Assembly (NCBI GenBank): GCA_964574355.1
Contig: CAZNMD010000001.1
Location: 26,180 to 90,179 of the forward strand
Direction of reading: 5' to 3'
Origin: an uncultured Candidatus Saccharibacteria bacterium
GTDB taxonomy: Bacteria > Patescibacteriota > Minisyncoccia > Phycocordibacterales > DSPV01
Length of the DNA: 64,000 bases
The translations under genes and the position numbers were made by a program. Below, piece by piece: positions 1 to 9,477 of the stretch; position 1 is the first letter of the stretch; the number at the start of each line of letters is the position of its first letter. The notes beneath the pieces are model-generated. The model worked only from the letters and a program-made list of their open reading frames with translations. It was not told the origin of the DNA and made no database searches.

Positions 1-118
1 TTGCTACGCATTGACGGATAGCGCCCTTCATACCGTCGTCGCTGTCGCGGGACACCCGCGTACGTGCGCATCAAATACCCGAGCCTACATTTTAGGTGAG
101 GGTATTTTCTTTTTGCAT
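1..118 (+). CDS. Possible 3' end of an upstream gene (partial)
   Basis: Frame 2 is open from the window edge to TGA at 116-118. The stretch is GC-rich and no homology is recognised. Confidence 0.15.
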
Positions 119-135
119 GTTTGACGTTCTGTCGC

Positions 136-141
136 TATAAT
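136..141 (+). promoter_or_regulatory. TATAAT -10 element 9 nt upstream of the grpE ATG
   Basis: Exact TATAAT at 136-141. No Shine-Dalgarno follows, so the grpE mRNA may be leaderless. Confidence 0.3.
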
Positions 142-150
142 GCTCCCACT

Positions 151-744
151 ATGACAGACGAAAATGATATTCAAATAGAAGAAGAGGGCACACAAAAGAA
201 AGGGGCTCATCCTGACGCAGACACATTAGATGATTCCGTTCTCGCCGAAGAATCTTCGCACGAAACAATCAAAAAACTTCGCGAAAAACTGAAAGTTGTT
301 GAGGCTGAAAAAGTGGAGTATTTAACGGGTTGGCAACGAGCAAAAGCAGATCTTATCAACGCCCGAAAACGTGATGAGGAGGATAAACGAGCTTTTGCCA
401 AGCGCGCTACAGAAGATTTGATAGTTGAACTCGTCCCTGTTTTGCAAAGTTTCGAATCCGCAATGGCAAATAAAGAGGCCTGGGAAAAAATAGATAAAAA
501 TTGGCGCGTTGGCGTCGAATATATTGCGGGGCAACTCAAAAAAGCTCTCGTTGATCATGGTCTTGCAGAAATTGACCCACTCGGAAAAGAATTTGACCCA
601 ACTCGTGACGAAGCAATAGAACATGTTGTGGTTACAGAAGAAAAGAAACATAATGTGGTCACTGAAGTGCTACAGAAAGGATACGAATTAAACGGTACTG
701 TTATTCGTGCTCCGCGAGTAAAAGTAGCTCAGTTTATTAAGTAA
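151..744 (+). CDS. grpE: Nucleotide exchange factor GrpE
   Basis: Translation shows the GrpE coiled-coil and C-terminal domain (…GWQRAKADLINARKR…LVPVLQSFE…). The ORF track starts at TTG 121; ATG 151 (MTDEND…) is the more likely start. It lies immediately upstream of dnaK. Confidence 0.88.
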   Translation: MTDENDIQIEEEGTQKKGAHPDADTLDDSVLAEESSHETIKKLREKLKVVEAEKVEYLTGWQRAKADLINARKRDEEDKRAFAKRATEDLIVELVPVLQSFESAMANKEAWEKIDKNWRVGVEYIAGQLKKALVDHGLAEIDPLGKEFDPTRDEAIEHVVVTEEKKHNVVTEVLQKGYELNGTVIRAPRVKVAQFIK

Positions 745-749
745 AGTAT

Positions 750-776
750 AGTGTTTGACCATAGCTCTTTTGTGCT
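750..776 (+). promoter_or_regulatory. Sigma70-like promoter with extended -10 (TTGACC-N15-TGcTATAAT)
   Basis: TTGACC at 750-755 and TGcTATAAT at 768-776, sitting between grpE and the 792 ORF/dnaK. Confidence 0.5.
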
Positions 777-791
777 ATAATCACTTTTCAA

Positions 792-1115
792 ATGAGTACG
801 GCGATTTTACAAAATCCGGGGTACACCATCGTTGAGCGCGTTGTCACAAACAAGCGGGGTGAATTGATGCGTGTTATTTTTGCTATCGCCACATTCAATG
901 GAATAACGCGAGCTCGAATTATTAAAGCCGAAAAAATTCAAAGTCTTACCGGTGATTCTCAACCGCAATCAACAATCTTTCTCTTGGTAGGTGAGACCAC
1001 TGTTCCTTCGCTTGACTCCATCCCTGATTTAAAATCAATTCCATCGCCCTACGTTTTTACAATTGATCTCTTTTTTAGAAGCCAGATGACTCGCGCACCT
1101 GCGCAGAGCATATAA
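792..1115 (+). CDS. Hypothetical small ORF in the grpE-dnaK spacer (could be a non-coding leader instead)
   Basis: 107-aa ORF with no recognisable domain and no SD. ATG lies 15 nt after the -10. Confidence 0.25.
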   Translation: MSTAILQNPGYTIVERVVTNKRGELMRVIFAIATFNGITRARIIKAEKIQSLTGDSQPQSTIFLLVGETTVPSLDSIPDLKSIPSPYVFTIDLFFRSQMTRAPAQSI

Positions 1116-1197
1116 GCTGCTTAGCGAATTAACTTCTTGGCTTTTAAACAAGAAGGTTGTGCTAGCAGCATAAACCTGTTTTTACAGGTTTTTTGTA
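1116..1197 (+). promoter_or_regulatory. Long imperfect hairpin (1116-1169) followed by a terminator-like hairpin + T-run (1171-1197) just upstream of dnaK
   Basis: GCTGCTTAGCG…CAAGAAGGTTGTGCTAGCAGC forms nested inverted repeats. After it comes AAACCTG-ttttta-CAGGTTTTTTGTATTT. The half-sites TTAGC/GTGCTA resemble CIRCE, but the spacing is wrong. Confidence 0.45.
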
Positions 1198-1243
1198 TTT
1201 ACTCTTAATTCTTCATTTATTAGTCTTTAGTCTTTTTTAAACT

Positions 1244-3142
1244 ATGGGAAAAATAATTGGAATCGACCTTGGAACAACCTTTTCAGCTGTCTCTGTTATT
1301 GAAGCTGGTAATCCGCGAGTACTTGAAAATGCAGAGGGTGCGCGCACAACTCCATCAATTGTCGCAACAAGTAAAACGGGCGAACGATCGGTTGGCCTTC
1401 TTGCTAAGCGTCAAGCTGTCACAAACCCAAAAAATACACTCTATCAAATCAAACGCTTCATGGGTCACAATTTCGACGAAGAAGCTGTTCAAAAGGATAT
1501 AAAAAATATTTCGTACGAAGTTCAAAAATCATCGAATGGTGGTATTGAAGTAAAAATGGGGGACAAGTGGTATCGTCCGGAAGAAATTTCGGCAATGATT
1601 TTGGCAAAGCTAAAAACAGACGCCGAAGCTCGTTTAGGCGAACCAGTAACTGAGGCGGTCATTACAGTACCTGCTTACTTCAACGATACACAACGACAGG
1701 CAACAAAAGATGCTGGAAAAATTGCAGGACTTGAAGTAAAACGAATCATCAATGAACCGACTGCTGCAGCCTTGGCATATGGTTTCAACAAAAAAAAGAA
1801 CGAAAAAATTGCCGTCTTTGATTTCGGCGGAGGTACCTTCGATATTTCTATTCTCGAAGTTGGTGACGACGTCGTTGAAGTAAAATCAACAGATGGTGAC
1901 GCTCACCTTGGAGGTCGCGATATCGACGCTAAGATCTTAAACTGGCTTGCGGAAGAGTTTAAAAAAGAAAATGGGATTGATCTACGAAACGATCCCCTTG
2001 CAAAACAGCGACTCGATGAAGCATCTGAAAAAGCAAAAATTGAGCTTTCAACCGCAACACAAACTGAAATTAACATCCCGTTTATCACATCAGGATCTGA
2101 TGGACCAAAGCACCTTTTGGTTACTATGACTCGAGCAAAACTCGAAGAGCTCACTCAAGAATTCATTGATCGAGCAATGGCGATTACCAAACGAGCCATG
2201 GAAGCATCACCATTCAAAAAACCAGAAATTAATGAGGTTGTTTTGGTTGGTGGACAAACCCGAATGCCGGCAATACAGGCGGCAGTAAAAGAATTCTTTG
2301 GCAAAGAACCACACATGGGAGTGAATCCAGACGAAGTGGTTGCTATCGGAGCAGCTATTCAAGGAGGTATTCTTCAAGGAGACGTTAAAGATGTTCTCTT
2401 GCTAGACGTTATTCCGCTTTCGCTTGGTATTGAAACAATGGGAGGGGTTGCAACAAAGTTAATCGAGAGAAACACAACAATTCCAACCGCAAAATCTCAG
2501 ATTTTCTCCACAGCGGCAGACAATCAAACATCGGTTGAAATTCATGTCACTCAAGGAGAGCGCGCGATGGCGGCTGACAACAAGTCGCTTGGTAAATTCA
2601 TGCTCGATGGTATTCCGCCTTCACCACGAGGTATGCCACAAGTTGAAGTTACTTTCGATGTTGATGCCAACGGAATTCTTTCTGTAAAAGCGAAGGAAAA
2701 AACGACAGGCAAAGAACAATCAATTCGTATTGAGGGTTCGTCAGGTCTTTCAAAAGACGATATTGCCCGAATGCAAGGTGACGCTGAAAAGAATGCCGCC
2801 GAAGACGCAAAAAAACGCGATCTTATTGAAGCAAAAAATGGCGCTGAACAGATAATCTATTCAAGTGAAAAGGCCTTGCGTGATAATAAAGACAAAGTTA
2901 GTGCCGATATCGTAAAAGAAGTTGAAGAGAAAATTGCAGCAGCTAAAAAGGAAAAAGATGGTAGTGATGTTGAAGCTATAAAAAAGGCGGTCAGTGAACT
3001 TTCTACGTCACTTTCAAAGATTGGTGAAGCAATGCAAAAAGCTTCACAACAAACACCTCCACCAACAGGGGAAAAGAAAGACGATAAGGGAAACGATGGT
3101 CCAGTTCGAGATGCGGACTTTAAGGAAGGGGATAAAAAATAG
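1244..3142 (+). CDS. dnaK: Molecular chaperone DnaK (Hsp70)
   Basis: Hsp70 signatures are present: [32 protein letters not shown]. Confidence 0.97.
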   Translation: MGKIIGIDLGTTFSAVSVIEAGNPRVLENAEGARTTPSIVATSKTGERSVGLLAKRQAVTNPKNTLYQIKRFMGHNFDEEAVQKDIKNISYEVQKSSNGGIEVKMGDKWYRPEEISAMILAKLKTDAEARLGEPVTEAVITVPAYFNDTQRQATKDAGKIAGLEVKRIINEPTAAALAYGFNKKKNEKIAVFDFGGGTFDISILEVGDDVVEVKSTDGDAHLGGRDIDAKILNWLAEEFKKENGIDLRNDPLAKQRLDEASEKAKIELSTATQTEINIPFITSGSDGPKHLLVTMTRAKLEELTQEFIDRAMAITKRAMEASPFKKPEINEVVLVGGQTRMPAIQAAVKEFFGKEPHMGVNPDEVVAIGAAIQGGILQGDVKDVLLLDVIPLSLGIETMGGVATKLIERNTTIPTAKSQIFSTAADNQTSVEIHVTQGERAMAADNKSLGKFMLDGIPPSPRGMPQVEVTFDVDANGILSVKAKEKTTGKEQSIRIEGSSGLSKDDIARMQGDAEKNAAEDAKKRDLIEAKNGAEQIIYSSEKALRDNKDKVSADIVKEVEEKIAAAKKEKDGSDVEAIKKAVSELSTSLSKIGEAMQKASQQTPPPTGEKKDDKGNDGPVRDADFKEGDKK

Positions 3143-3176
3143 AAATAAGAAAAACAGATAGTAAAAATGAGAAAAA

Positions 3177-3216
3177 CCGCGGACGCATCTTAACAGTTAA
3201 CAACCTGCGTCCGCGG
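3177..3216 (+). promoter_or_regulatory. Intercistronic stem-loop between dnaK and dnaJ (11-bp stem CCGCGGACGCA/TGCGTCCGCGG, no T-run)
   Basis: Perfect 11-bp inverted repeat. The loop contains the palindrome GTTAAC. Not followed by a U-tract, so a processing or stability element is more likely than a terminator. Confidence 0.5.
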
Positions 3217-3238
3217 AGGAAAACCGGATTCTACAAAA

Positions 3239-4294
3239 ATGGCAAAAAATTATTACGAGATATTAGGCGTTAAAAAAGACGCCTCAAAAGAGGAGATAAA
3301 AAAGGCCTTTAGAACATTGGCTCATAAATACCATCCTGACAAAAGTGGAGGAGATGAGGCAAAGTTTAAAGAGGCCTCTGAAGCCTACGCCGTACTCTCA
3401 GACGATACAAAACGTGGTCAATATGACCAGTACGGTAGTGCCATGCCTGGAGGAGGGGGAGGAAATCCTTTTGAGGGTTTTGACTTCTCAGGTTTCGGAG
3501 GAGGTGCTCCTTTTAACGTAGATTTTGGTGACATTTTTGGAGATTTCTTTGGTGGGGGAGGTCATCGTGTAAAACGAGGTCAAGATATCACCGTTGACCT
3601 TGAGCTCTCATTTGCAGAATCTATTTTCGGAGTTGAAAGAGTTATTCGGATTAGAAAAGGAACATCTTGCGACACATGTAGTGGAACTGGTGCTAAATCT
3701 GGTTCAAGTGAAATAACGTGTACTGTTTGTGGAGGACAAGGACAAGTGCGAGAATCAAAACGGTCTATACTTGGATCATTTTCAACCGTGCGTCAGTGTT
3801 TTGAGTGTCACGGTCGTGGAAAAGTTCCAAAGGAAAAATGTGATACCTGCAAAGGGGCAGGTATCACTCGACGCGAAGTCGAAATTACCATTGCCATACC
3901 AGCGGGAATTAATCACGGAGAAGCTGTTCGTCTTTCCGGTCTAGGAGAAGCTATTCCTGACGGAGAACCGGGAGATTTATTTGCTCGTATCCATGTAAAA
4001 TCACATCCAACTCTTAAAAAAGTTGGTGACAACTTAGTTACTGATATTTCAATAAAATTAACAACAGCCCTACTGGGAGGTAACTATCCCCTTAAAACAC
4101 TTGATGGGGATATTACAGTCACTATTCCGGCAGGAGTTGTTCACTCGGAGGTACTTCGAATTAAAGGGAAAGGTGTACCAACCACAAAAGGTAAACGGGG
4201 TGACCTTCTTATAAAAATTTCAATTGATTTACCAAAACGTTTATCAAAATCAGCGGCAAAACTTGTAGAAGAACTTAAAAACGAGGGCTTGTAG
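3239..4294 (+). CDS. dnaJ: Chaperone DnaJ
   Basis: J-domain with HPD (YHPDK), a G/F-rich linker, and four CxxCxGxG zinc-finger repeats. Confidence 0.95.
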   Translation: MAKNYYEILGVKKDASKEEIKKAFRTLAHKYHPDKSGGDEAKFKEASEAYAVLSDDTKRGQYDQYGSAMPGGGGGNPFEGFDFSGFGGGAPFNVDFGDIFGDFFGGGGHRVKRGQDITVDLELSFAESIFGVERVIRIRKGTSCDTCSGTGAKSGSSEITCTVCGGQGQVRESKRSILGSFSTVRQCFECHGRGKVPKEKCDTCKGAGITRREVEITIAIPAGINHGEAVRLSGLGEAIPDGEPGDLFARIHVKSHPTLKKVGDNLVTDISIKLTTALLGGNYPLKTLDGDITVTIPAGVVHSEVLRIKGKGVPTTKGKRGDLLIKISIDLPKRLSKSAAKLVEELKNEGL

Positions 4295-4308
4295 ACACTT
4301 TGTTGTTT

Positions 4309-4342
4309 TTGATGAATGGGTAGGGTACCTGTATAATACAGG
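4309..4342 (+). promoter_or_regulatory. Promoter TTGATG-N17-TATAAT embedded in the 15-bp palindrome CCTGTATAATACAGG
   Basis: -35 at 4309-4314, -10 at 4332-4337, perfect palindrome at 4328-4342, immediately upstream of ATG 4350. Confidence 0.4.
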
Positions 4343-4349
4343 CACTACC

Positions 4350-5099
4350 ATGTTCTCTGATTATGTGCTCTCGCCACTCATCCTTCAATGGCTGATTTGG
4401 CCTGTTGTACGCCCTGCATTTTGGTTTTTTGGACGATTTCAAGTCCGAGGATTAGAGAACTTAAAGAATCTTCCTCCTGGGGTTATCTTTGCTAGTAATC
4501 ATACCGGCGAACTCGACGCCATACTCATTCCGGCAGCTCTGCCGTTTTTTTCAAGATTTCGACCGTTTTTTTATACTTCCCGAGAGCAATCTTTTTACAA
4601 AACATCAGGATGGCGTCAAGCTTTTTATGGAGGTTCTTTATTTAAACTTCTCGGTGCGTATCCTATTTTGCCTGGTAAACATAATTACGAACTATCACTC
4701 GCTACCCACATTCGAATTGCCAAACTGAAACAAAGCATCATTATTTTTCCAGAAGGCAAAGCTGGGCACAAAGAAATAATGAACGAAGGGAAGGGTGGTG
4801 TTGCCTATATTGCCCATGCTACCAACAAACCAATTGTCCCTATTGCGATTTACGGAACGTACGATTTGAGAAAGAAAGAATTTTACGGAAGAAAAAAACA
4901 ACTTGTTCTTTCTTTTGGAGCACCTATATACTCACAAGAACTATTTTCCGGAAAAACTCCTGTATTAAGCGAAGAACAAAATGACTTTAAAAAAGCATCT
5001 CAAAGTGTAATGGATAAGATAAAAGGTATGTATGATGCAATTTCACTAGAATATAAACAAAAAAATAGCTTGGTAAAAAATGATATCTTACTTTCTTAA
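4350..5099 (+). CDS. 1-acyl-sn-glycerol-3-phosphate acyltransferase family (lysophospholipid acyltransferase)
   Basis: NHTGELD (HX4D acyltransferase motif) and FPEGK motif, with an N-terminal hydrophobic segment. Confidence 0.75.
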   Translation: MFSDYVLSPLILQWLIWPVVRPAFWFFGRFQVRGLENLKNLPPGVIFASNHTGELDAILIPAALPFFSRFRPFFYTSREQSFYKTSGWRQAFYGGSLFKLLGAYPILPGKHNYELSLATHIRIAKLKQSIIIFPEGKAGHKEIMNEGKGGVAYIAHATNKPIVPIAIYGTYDLRKKEFYGRKKQLVLSFGAPIYSQELFSGKTPVLSEEQNDFKKASQSVMDKIKGMYDAISLEYKQKNSLVKNDILLS

Positions 5100-5115
5100 T
5101 TAGTTACTTAGTTTC

Positions 5116-5958
5116 TTAAATTTTCCAAAATCTTTTCTCGGCCTTTACTAGGGCAGAGTGTTTTTTCTTAGGTATTTTTTGGTCGTTATTTTCCGCTCTC
5201 ACATTCCACAGTTTAGCTTTTTGTAATGCCAACAGAAGTAAGGTTTTTATACCATTGGCAAATTCAACACTTTCTACTGTGCACGCAAATTTTTCTCGCG
5301 GAGAAATAAAAGTGGTTTGATTACCATAGACAGCGAGCTCAGAACCAAAGCCACTTTCGGGAATTAACGCGTATTCAATTGAACCCGACGCATTTTTTGT
5401 AATTAGATCACGTATTTGAGAGGTATTATGAGAAAGTATTTTTGTAGAGACGTTTCTTTTGGCTTGTCGTTCGCGCACGGTTGAAATATAATTCGGCATC
5501 TCTTTTATAAGTTCATTTTCAGTGGCATATGAAAAAATGGGCTCTTTTGATAAAAGCATGTTTTCATAAGCAGTCTTAATACCGGCAATTCCTTCAAAAA
5601 ATTTAATGTTCGGTTTTGTTGAATCTTTACTTTTTTCTATCGTTTCTAATTCAGAAAGCATTTCGCGTCCAAGTTTTGCGAGTTCAGCATGCTCTCTAGC
5701 TGAATCTTCGGCTTTTTGAACTAACCTGTCGGGAGAAGCGGGGGAATAACTACGAACTCCATCACGAATTTCAATCGCAGCTAAACCTTTTTTTGTAAGT
5801 GATTCAAGAACAACGTATGCCGTACTCCTGTTTACTCCCGATTTTTTTGCAATGTCACTTGCGGGAACGGTTCCAAGATGAAGAAGCGCTAAATATATAT
5901 CAGCCTCTTTTTCTGACAGGCCAAACCTTTGAAGTTTTTGTATAGTTTCTGTGGCCAT
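5116..5958 (-). CDS. TrmB-family HTH transcriptional regulator
   Basis: N-terminal winged HTH typical of TrmB (…EADIYLALLHLGTVPASDIAKKSGVNRSTAYVVLESL…) followed by a C-terminal TrmB-like domain. Confidence 0.75.
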   Translation of the reverse strand: MATETIQKLQRFGLSEKEADIYLALLHLGTVPASDIAKKSGVNRSTAYVVLESLTKKGLAAIEIRDGVRSYSPASPDRLVQKAEDSAREHAELAKLGREMLSELETIEKSKDSTKPNIKFFEGIAGIKTAYENMLLSKEPIFSYATENELIKEMPNYISTVRERQAKRNVSTKILSHNTSQIRDLITKNASGSIEYALIPESGFGSELAVYGNQTTFISPREKFACTVESVEFANGIKTLLLLALQKAKLWNVRAENNDQKIPKKKHSALVKAEKRFWKI

Positions 5959-6020
5959 AGATTAAGGTTTTAACATATGATCTTTGCGCGTAAATGATTT
6001 TAGTGTTGTTATATACTACC

Positions 6021-6081
6021 AACAATTGTTTACAAATGCAAGTTTATACTTCATATTGTTGTTACTCTTTGACAACAATAT
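6021..6081. promoter_or_regulatory. Operator-like palindromes in the divergent trmB / 6189 promoter region
   Basis: Perfect 10-bp palindrome AACAATTGTT (6021-6030). Inverted repeat ATATTGTTGT-N9-ACAACAATAT (6053-6081) overlaps a TTGACA -35 (6068-6073). Confidence 0.4.
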
Positions 6082-6188
6082 GAACATAACCGTAAAATTT
6101 ACTACGGAACCGACTTTTCGCTTCGCGATCTGGTCGTTAGTTCTTCAAAACAAAATGGTCTGAAAAGACCATAGTTGGAAGAGTTAGT

Positions 6189-6707
6189 ATGAAAAGATAC
6201 ATCGTTAGTGTTTGTCTGGCCGCAGCCGCTTTGTTTGCGGGGAAGTTGGAGGCGAGTGCGCAAACTTGGCATCAGCTGACTCAAAGTCAGCGAAACACGC
6301 TAATATTGGCGCAGGGCAATGTCGATAATGGAAAGATGACAAGTTATACCTGCAAGACATGGGTTCAGTTGAGGGTTATCCCCATGATTTCTGGTGGCGC
6401 AGTGACTATTCCACAAAATCGAAATAACTACAGTTGGTTTCCGGCGCCATATGTCTATGCACACCAGCAACCATTCCGTATTGAATGGTCCAGTCCTGGA
6501 CAGATTGTCCAGATGCAGGTGCCAAATAGAACCACAGGCATACTCGGTCCTCATACTGCAATTATCGCCTCATTTACGAGTTCAGAAGTAATACTTCTTG
6601 ACTGTAACTGGTACGGGGATGGCAAAGTTCAGTACCATCCTGTCGCTTACAATGACTTTTACAGGTGGGTTCAGAATTACAACTATACGGTGTACACCAT
6701 TCAGTAG
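6189..6707 (+). CDS. Hypothetical secreted protein (signal peptide)
   Basis: N-terminal MKRYIVSVCLAAAALFAGKLEASA looks like a signal peptide. An RBS GGAAGAG lies 8 nt upstream. No domain recognised. Confidence 0.55.
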   Translation: MKRYIVSVCLAAAALFAGKLEASAQTWHQLTQSQRNTLILAQGNVDNGKMTSYTCKTWVQLRVIPMISGGAVTIPQNRNNYSWFPAPYVYAHQQPFRIEWSSPGQIVQMQVPNRTTGILGPHTAIIASFTSSEVILLDCNWYGDGKVQYHPVAYNDFYRWVQNYNYTVYTIQ

Positions 6708-6762
6708 TGTTAACATAGGATTGTTCGCGATGCGGGCAATCCTAACTTTTATATTTCACTTT

Positions 6763-7677
6763 ATGAATAAAACGCATTTTTTCAAATTAACAGCAATGAG
6801 CATTCTCCTCGTAGGAGGAGCTTTTGTTGTAAAAGATTACTTAAATTATCAACCGGACGATTGGATAACATACGAAGACACAGAGAACGGTTATAGTGTG
6901 AAATATCCACAAGGCCTCGTCGTTCAAAAGATGGGTAATTCTCTTAGAATTGATTCTCCAGACTATACAGTTTCCAGTAGCTCAATATTGATCTCATTCG
7001 TATGGAAATCCAACATACAAATTCCGGCGACGCATGATACAACAACTAAAAATGAACTTAATCCTTTTCTTAGAGAGGAGCAAATCAAGATCGATGGTAG
7101 GGAAGGGTTTGTCGCCTATAACAACCAAAGAGGTGCCACTTTAAATTTCGAGGACAATATCTCTATGTTTTTTGTTAATACATTAAACATCGATCACGAA
7201 CGAGTGTGGAAAAGTCTTAAGTTTAATAAAGTGCCAGAAAAACAGGATTATACTGTTGTTGCTAATGGAACAAATAAGACAGTGAATAACAAAACGCTCG
7301 GCTTTAAAATTGATGTGCCAAACGAATGGAAGGTGGTTCCTGTTAATAAATTTTCCATGTTCTTTTTTGATGGGGACGGAAACAATCAGAAAATATCTAT
7401 ACCCATATTAACCATTGATGTACGACCTCCCGGCGAAGGTTTCATCCCCAAGAAAGATTTTGTTCCTACGATAGATGAAACAGGAATAAATCTACCAAGC
7501 GAGCACAAAGAAGTAACTATTGATGGAAATCGCGCACTTTATACTCACTATACGGAATTCTTTAGTGATCCAGAAACATGGAATCTAAACCTGTATCGAG
7601 ATGGAAGATTCTATTATATTTCAACAACACAATCTGATTACGAAAAAGTGTGGAATAGTTTCAAATTTCTGAAATAA
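6763..7677 (+). CDS. Hypothetical membrane-anchored/secreted protein
   Basis: ATG at 6763 (MNKTHFFKLTAMSILLVGGAFVV…) gives an N-terminal TM/signal segment. The track ORF starting at 6598 overlaps the upstream gene and is probably too long. Confidence 0.55.
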   Translation: MNKTHFFKLTAMSILLVGGAFVVKDYLNYQPDDWITYEDTENGYSVKYPQGLVVQKMGNSLRIDSPDYTVSSSSILISFVWKSNIQIPATHDTTTKNELNPFLREEQIKIDGREGFVAYNNQRGATLNFEDNISMFFVNTLNIDHERVWKSLKFNKVPEKQDYTVVANGTNKTVNNKTLGFKIDVPNEWKVVPVNKFSMFFFDGDGNNQKISIPILTIDVRPPGEGFIPKKDFVPTIDETGINLPSEHKEVTIDGNRALYTHYTEFFSDPETWNLNLYRDGRFYYISTTQSDYEKVWNSFKFLK

Positions 7678-7769
7678 ATATATTTTGGTAATTAAATTTT
7701 TACCTCTCCCTCATTTTCGCTTTGGACACAAACCATGGTATTGTTCTGGCGATAAGAGTTTAACCTCCA

Positions 7770-9437
7770 ATGGAAATTAATTTTTACGCGATTATTGACT
7801 GGTTAACAGCTGTAATACTCGGAAGTCTTGCCTTTGCTATTTTTCTGGGCAGTAAAAAGCACTCATCCAGAGCTTTTGTTCTAATGATATTTTTTGTGAT
7901 GATTTGGACTCTGAATGCAGGTATTCGTGCCGCGGTAATAGATTCAACGACAGCTTTATATCTGACACGGATAAGCTACTTCTTGGGCACCCTTATTGCG
8001 ACATGCTTTGTAAATTTTTTTATTGCTTATCCGGACGATAAAATATTAGGACGTAAATTAAAAATATTCTTAATCATATGTGAAACAGCTCTTTTTTACG
8101 TAATTGTACTAACAAATTATGTAATATTGAACGCTGAAAAAATTCCTGAAACCTTATTTTGGTCTTGGAATCACGGATCTTTGTGGATGGTTTTTGCTGG
8201 ATATTTTTTTGGTTGCTGGACGGCCGGTCTTGTTGTTCTTTTTAAAAAATACAGAGTATCAACTGAAAACGAAACAAAACATAACCTCAAGTTTATGTTT
8301 TGGGCATTACTAATTGGAATAATTCCACCCTCTTTTTTTAATATAATTCTACCAGCCGCTGGCAGTTATCAGTTTGATTGGCTTGGACCACCAACGGGTT
8401 TGATTTGGATTATTATCATTGGTTATTCAATTGTAAAATATCGCCAAATGAATGTTCGCGTTGTTGCCGCCGAAATTTTTACATTTTCAATAATTACAAT
8501 CTTTTTTCTAAACATTTTTACCGACTTTCAGTTGGGGATCTTAGGGAGAGTTATATTTTTTGTGACATCAATAATTCTTGGATATTTTATTATCAAAGGA
8601 GCCTTAGCAGAAAGAGATCAAAAAGAAACTCTCACATCCTTTAATAAGACCCTAAATGAAAAAGTAGCCGAGCAAACAGTCGAAGTTAAAAGAGCCTATG
8701 AAGTTGAAAAGAAGGCTAATCGAGAATTAAAGCAAGTAGACCAAAATAAAAATGATTTTATTTTGATTACCCAACACCACCTTAGAACTCCGCTCTCACA
8801 AATCAGATGGTATTCTGATTCTATTATAAATGGTTTGTATGGTGATATTTCTGTAGAACTTGGTGAAGTAATTTCTAAAATTGACAAAGCAGCAGAAAAA
8901 CTCACAAAGACATTAAATGATTTTTTAGCTATTACTCAGTTAAAAATTGGAACAAAAGTTTTAAATGTTCAGCCCATAAATCTTAAAGATGTTATCGAGA
9001 CAGTCCTATATGATCTTTCAAGCGAGATAAAAAGAAAGAAAATCACCGTTAGCTTTCCAGCTAATGATAACCATTGGCACCTTGTTTCAGCCGATTCCGA
9101 TAGAATGAAAGATGTTTTTGCAATAATTTTGGATAACGCTATTTTGTACAACCACCAAGAGGGTGGGAAATTGAGGATAAGCACAGAACAAAAAAATGGT
9201 ATTCTGATAGTGAACGTTGCGAACACAGGCATAGGCCTTAGTAAAATCGATAAATTGGGTTTGTTGAAGCAAAGTTTTTATAGGTCAAAAGAAGCGAAAA
9301 AAGTAAATCCGTCTGGTATGGGGGTAGGATTATTGGTAGCTAAAACAATTGTAGAAGCACATCATGGAAGTATTGTACTTGAATCAGATGGGGTAAAGAA
9401 AGAAGTAAAAATTGAAATAAAACTTCCGATAGCGTAG
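7770..9437 (+). CDS. Sensor histidine kinase with N-terminal multi-pass (7TM-like) membrane domain
   Basis: About 8 hydrophobic helices in the first 270 aa, an H-box ITQHHLRTPLSQI, and HATPase_c N/G boxes (…GMGVGLLVAKTIVEAHHGSI…). No receiver domain. Confidence 0.85.
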   Translation: MEINFYAIIDWLTAVILGSLAFAIFLGSKKHSSRAFVLMIFFVMIWTLNAGIRAAVIDSTTALYLTRISYFLGTLIATCFVNFFIAYPDDKILGRKLKIFLIICETALFYVIVLTNYVILNAEKIPETLFWSWNHGSLWMVFAGYFFGCWTAGLVVLFKKYRVSTENETKHNLKFMFWALLIGIIPPSFFNIILPAAGSYQFDWLGPPTGLIWIIIIGYSIVKYRQMNVRVVAAEIFTFSIITIFFLNIFTDFQLGILGRVIFFVTSIILGYFIIKGALAERDQKETLTSFNKTLNEKVAEQTVEVKRAYEVEKKANRELKQVDQNKNDFILITQHHLRTPLSQIRWYSDSIINGLYGDISVELGEVISKIDKAAEKLTKTLNDFLAITQLKIGTKVLNVQPINLKDVIETVLYDLSSEIKRKKITVSFPANDNHWHLVSADSDRMKDVFAIILDNAILYNHQEGGKLRISTEQKNGILIVNVANTGIGLSKIDKLGLLKQSFYRSKEAKKVNPSGMGVGLLVAKTIVEAHHGSIVLESDGVKKEVKIEIKLPIA

Positions 9438-9477
9438 CACTATCCTAAAAATAAATTTAGCTATTCTTTGAACACAA

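Noticed and set aside
207-651. Antisense ORFs inside grpE (207-539, 322-651), dnaK (1903-2154), the kinases, ftsI, lysS and others listed in the six-frame track
   Set aside because: They lie opposite or out of frame to genes with unambiguous homology. They have no RBS or promoter and low complexity, and are shadows of real genes.
1116-1169. CIRCE (HrcA operator) upstream of dnaK
   Set aside because: The half-site cores TTAGC/GTGCTA are present, but the spacer is ~27 nt rather than 9 and the arms are imperfect. Reported only as CIRCE-like within the grpE–dnaK finding.
6598-6762. Track ORF start at 6598 for the 359-aa protein
   Set aside because: This start overlaps the 3' end of the 6189-6707 gene in another frame. 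ATG 6763, followed by a hydrophobic signal segment, is the more plausible start.
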